From: a bacterium
GTDB lineage: Bacteria; Electryoneota; Electryoneia; Electryoneales; Electryoneaceae
Assembly: GCA_043801585.1 (NCBI GenBank)
Contig: JAZDLX010000222.1
Span: 1-10,709 of the forward strand
Direction of reading: 5' to 3'
DNA: 10,709 bases
Shown here one piece after another: positions 8,561 through 10,709 of this stretch. The translations under genes and the position numbers were made by a program. Each line of letters starts with the position of its first letter. Position 1 is the first letter of the stretch. The notes below the pieces were generated by a model, which was not told where the DNA came from, did not search any database, and was given only the letters and a program-made list of their open reading frames with translations.

Positions 8561-9007
8561 GATATTTAGCGGTACTTCTAGTGCAAATATTTTTTATTCC
8601 TCTCTTTTATTAGAATAATAATTATCCCTATTAACGTGATAATTATGGAAATAAGAAGAGTGTTTTGTCTTGCGCTGTTACGGTGACTCTCGGTTCCTCA
8701 CTACATGGCCCCAATGGTCTTGAGAAGGACCAACAAGAAGAGCTGCACGCAAAATTGAGTCAATGATAGCAATGGAAATGGAGATACTGCGGTTGGGTCA
8801 TCTTCGCATTCAAGGATAAAATATCGCACAAGCTGTGCTGTTAATATTTAATAATTAGGCAATTGTCAAAACAGAGGATCCCTGTGAGTAAGATGAATAT
8901 GCAAATATGCTTGAAGTTGAGAAGTGTGTCGCTGGTTCCATTTGTTGAGTATGTACACGTGCTCCTGTTTGCTTGTCAAACAGGGTTTATTCTAATTCGT
9001 CCAAGTC

Positions 9008-9044
9008 GTCATCCTGAATCTGCCTTCCGGCGGATGAAGAATCT
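9008..9044 (+). repeat. CGTC-type palindromic repeat, copy A
   Basis: (C)GTCATCCTGA-[ATCTGCC TTCC GGCGGAT]-GAAGAATCT; same outer frame as 9931-9970. Confidence 0.7.
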
Positions 9045-9052
9045 TTATAAGG

Positions 9053-9085
9053 TGTGTGGCCCGGCTGCCCCGCCAGCCGGGTTTC
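9053..9085 (+). repeat. REP copy 1 (GTGG-headed hairpin)
   Basis: TGTGTGG-CCCGGCTG-CCCCGC-CAGCCGGG-TTTC; perfect 8-bp stem; ends 14 nt before the RAYT ATG. Confidence 0.9.
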
Positions 9086-9099
9086 CCTTATCTTTTATC

Positions 9100-9645
9100 A
9101 TGCCAACACACCATGATGAACCATCTCACGCTCACTTCCTCACATTTGGAACATTCCACCACGTTCCCCTCTTCAAGCACGAGAACCTTTGCGCCATGTT
9201 TCTGCAACAACTGGCTTTATCTCGCAAACAGTTAGGCTTTCAGCTCTGGGCGTTTGTGGTGATGCCGGACCATGTTCACCTCTTACTTTACCCGCAAGGT
9301 GATGTTTCAATCACACACATTCTTTCAAGCATCAAACGTGGCTTTGCCTGGCAGGCATTGCAGTTCTTGAGGGAGGGTGCTCCGAAGATCCTATCTGCTC
9401 TTCAAAGGAAGCAGCGCGGAAATGTAACGCACCACATCTGGCAGGCGGGAGGAGGGCATGACCGGAATATTTTTGGTGATGAAGCTTTGCGGAAAACGAT
9501 GGAATACATCCACGGCAATCCTGTGCGTAAAGGATTGGTGGGACTGCCGGAGGAATGGCCCTGGTCCAGCGCGGGATTCTGGCTAACCAAGAAGCACGGC
9601 TTGCTGGTACCTGATATCCCTGAATGGTGGCGTGATGGGATGTAG
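9100..9645 (+). CDS. REP-associated tyrosine transposase (RAYT/TnpA-REP; Y1_Tnp HUH family), 181 aa
   Basis: HFLTF N-terminal strand, HUH motif FVVMPDHVHLL, WQxxxxHDRNI, catalytic YIHGNPVRKGLV, EEWPWSS. Start placed at ATG 9100 because the track's extension from 8863 runs through repeats. Confidence 0.92.
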   Translation: MPTHHDEPSHAHFLTFGTFHHVPLFKHENLCAMFLQQLALSRKQLGFQLWAFVVMPDHVHLLLYPQGDVSITHILSSIKRGFAWQALQFLREGAPKILSALQRKQRGNVTHHIWQAGGGHDRNIFGDEALRKTMEYIHGNPVRKGLVGLPEEWPWSSAGFWLTKKHGLLVPDIPEWWRDGM

Positions 9646-9690
9646 ATGGTTGGTTAATTGCTAATTGAACAATTTATTGCTACCGTTGAA

Positions 9691-9723
9691 GAAACCCGGC
9701 TGACAGGGCAGCCGGGCCACACA
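9691..9723 (-). repeat. REP copy 2 (inverted)
   Basis: Reverse complement is TGTGTGG-CCCGGCTG-CCCTGT-CAGCCGGG-TTTC; differs from the other copies only in the loop. Confidence 0.9.
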
Positions 9724-9724
9724 T

Positions 9725-9858
9725 CGCCCGTGAAATCCTCCTCAAAGGGCAAGCCGAGCTTCCTCGAGGCCGCATTGCGCAACGAGGAGCTCACCGACGA
9801 CGAGCAACACGCTGTGCTCGCCTTCATCGCCTGCCTGAAGGGTGTCCGCAAGAAATAG
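9725..9858 (+). pseudogene. 5'-truncated second copy of the XRE gene (C-terminal domain only, no HTH); direct repeat copy 2
   Basis: Encodes PVKSSSKGKPSFLEAALRNEELTDDEQHAVLAFI, identical to the XRE protein, then ACLKGVRKK*. Homology starts one base after the REP2 end. It lies in an open frame from TTG 9658 with no clear SD. Confidence 0.75.
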
Positions 9859-9930
9859 TGGAAGCTGCGAAGCTTTTTACATTAGCGCCACCGGAGCAGT
9901 GCAGAGGGGTGTTTGGGACACATGTCCCCA

Positions 9931-9970
9931 GTCATCCTGACGTCCCGATTCATCGGGACGAGAAGGATCT
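9931..9970 (+). repeat. CGTC-type palindromic repeat, copy B
   Basis: GTCATCCTGA-[CGTCCCGAT TC ATCGGGACG]-A-GAAGGATCT. Confidence 0.7.
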
Positions 9971-10080
9971 ATGAGTTGTCTATGGTTTAATGACCCGACC
10001 AGCTAGTTTGTCCGCCGTAGTCCGCAAGCAGTCAAAATGCAAGGGCTTCATTTAATGATCATTCACTAAAGTGAAAATGT

Positions 10081-10113
10081 TGTGTGGCCCGGCTGCCCTG
10101 CCAGCCGGGTTTC
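10081..10113 (+). repeat. REP copy 3
   Basis: TGTGTGG-CCCGGCTG-CCCTGC-CAGCCGGG-TTTC; 32/33 identical to each of copies 1 and 2. Confidence 0.9.
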
Positions 10114-10136
10114 AACTTTGGGAATGAAACCGGTTT

Positions 10137-10517
10137 TCATCCCCTTGCCCGTAATTGAAAATAAATCATGACGACCAGAGAAAAAGCCAGTATAAGGGGT
10201 GTCACCCTGTGAATCACCTTCAGCCCATCGCTGGCCAATTTGTCAAAACTCAGCACTCCACCGGAAACAAGCAGCATGAGCAGCAGCACACCCGATAGAA
10301 CAATCAGGGTGATCATCCAGGGGCCACCCTCAAAGCTCTTAAGCAGCAAGTGAACGAGGAGAACGACAAAAACCGCGAAGGAAAGGGCGAGCAATTTGTG
10401 AACCGTAAACACCGGGGTGTTCAACGGCCGACCGAAAAGGCGGACGATCGTGCCGGATAGCGCCGAAAGCAGAAACAGGACTCCCGTGACAACGATTCTG
10501 ATTTCGAACGCCTTCAT
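10137..10517 (-). CDS. Hypothetical four-TM membrane protein (126 aa)
   Basis: Four hydrophobic segments; His residues at the start of TM2 (TVHKLL) and TM4 (VIHRVT). ATG 10517 has a GGGGA SD; the alternative start is GTG 10550. Confidence 0.7.
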   Translation of the reverse strand: MKAFEIRIVVTGVLFLLSALSGTIVRLFGRPLNTPVFTVHKLLALSFAVFVVLLVHLLLKSFEGGPWMITLIVLSGVLLLMLLVSGGVLSFDKLASDGLKVIHRVTPLILAFSLVVMIYFQLRARG

Positions 10518-10553
10518 CTCGCATTCCCCCAGACTAACGCTTTGATGCACCTC

Positions 10554-10709
10554 TCACCGCCCCAGCAGATTCCGCGCGATCACCAGTTTCTGAATCTCGC
10601 TGGTTCCCTCGCCGATGGTCGTGATCTTGGCGTCGCGGAACATCCGCTCGACGGGATACTCCTTGATATATCCGTACCCGCCGTGGGTCTGGATCGCCTC
10701 GTTGGTGAC
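10554..10709 (-). CDS. Acyl-CoA dehydrogenase, C-terminal end; runs off the right window edge
   Basis: Manual translation [51 protein letters not shown], matching the acyl-CoA dehydrogenase C-terminal signature (Q..GG.G...E..VER..RD....I.EGT.EIQ). Confidence 0.93.
   Translation of the reverse strand, partial: VTNEAIQTHGGYGYIKEYPVERMFRDAKITTIGEGTSEIQKLVIARNLLGR

Larger units (their letters stand above)
9053..9723. mobile_element. REPtron-like unit: RAYT gene enclosed by inverted 33-bp REPs (671 bp)
   Basis: Begins TGTGTGGCCCGG and ends CCGGGCCACACA; the two ends are 31/33 identical in inverted orientation; no target-site duplication seen. Confidence 0.7.

Noticed and set aside
8863..9099. 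79-aa N-terminal extension of the RAYT in the ORF track
   Set aside because: It reads through two non-coding repeat elements from a TTG start; RAYT-like sequence begins only after ATG 9100.
9100..9645. Classical IS200/IS605 TnpA with TnpB
   Set aside because: No tnpB follows; the YIHxNPV and WPWSS motifs and flanking REPs indicate the RAYT group.
9053..10113. 33-bp repeats as a CRISPR array
   Set aside because: Only three copies, in mixed orientation, hundreds of bases apart, with no cas genes; hairpin and GTGG foot fit REPs.
10137..10709. TGA read-through or selenocysteine fusion of acyl-CoA dehydrogenase with the in-frame membrane ORF
   Set aside because: The dehydrogenase ends at its normal C-terminus, the downstream ORF has its own SD and ATG, no SECIS-like hairpin is evident, and being in frame has a one-in-three chance.

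Overview
Bacterial window with a GC-rich housekeeping backbone interrupted by a roughly 2.4 kb accessory patch. The backbone holds the 5' part of an M48/Ste24-like peptidase (<1-481, minus strand, not in the ORF track), a signal-peptide-bearing oligoendopeptidase F, a MacB/FtsX-type ABC permease, a standalone ABC-ATPase-domain protein, a small membrane protein and the 3' end of an acyl-CoA dehydrogenase. The accessory patch (about 7330-10115, partly AT-richer by eye) contains: (1) an XRE regulator sharing a mirror-symmetric divergent promoter with the ATPase gene; (2) a phage-like hypothetical gene behind a sigma70 promoter and a multi-hairpin leader with mutually exclusive pairings; (3) a REP-associated tyrosine (HUH) transposase bracketed by inverted 33-bp GTGG-type REPs, with a third REP downstream; (4) two GTCATCCTGA...GAAGRATCT elements carrying different internal hairpins; (5) a 134-bp second copy of the XRE gene's 3' end that starts one base from a REP head and differs mostly at synonymous sites. 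The most interesting signal is (5). It may be the footprint of a RAYT/REP-mediated insertion or capture, or a SinI-like truncated anti-repressor. All family calls come from motif recognition; no database searches were run.
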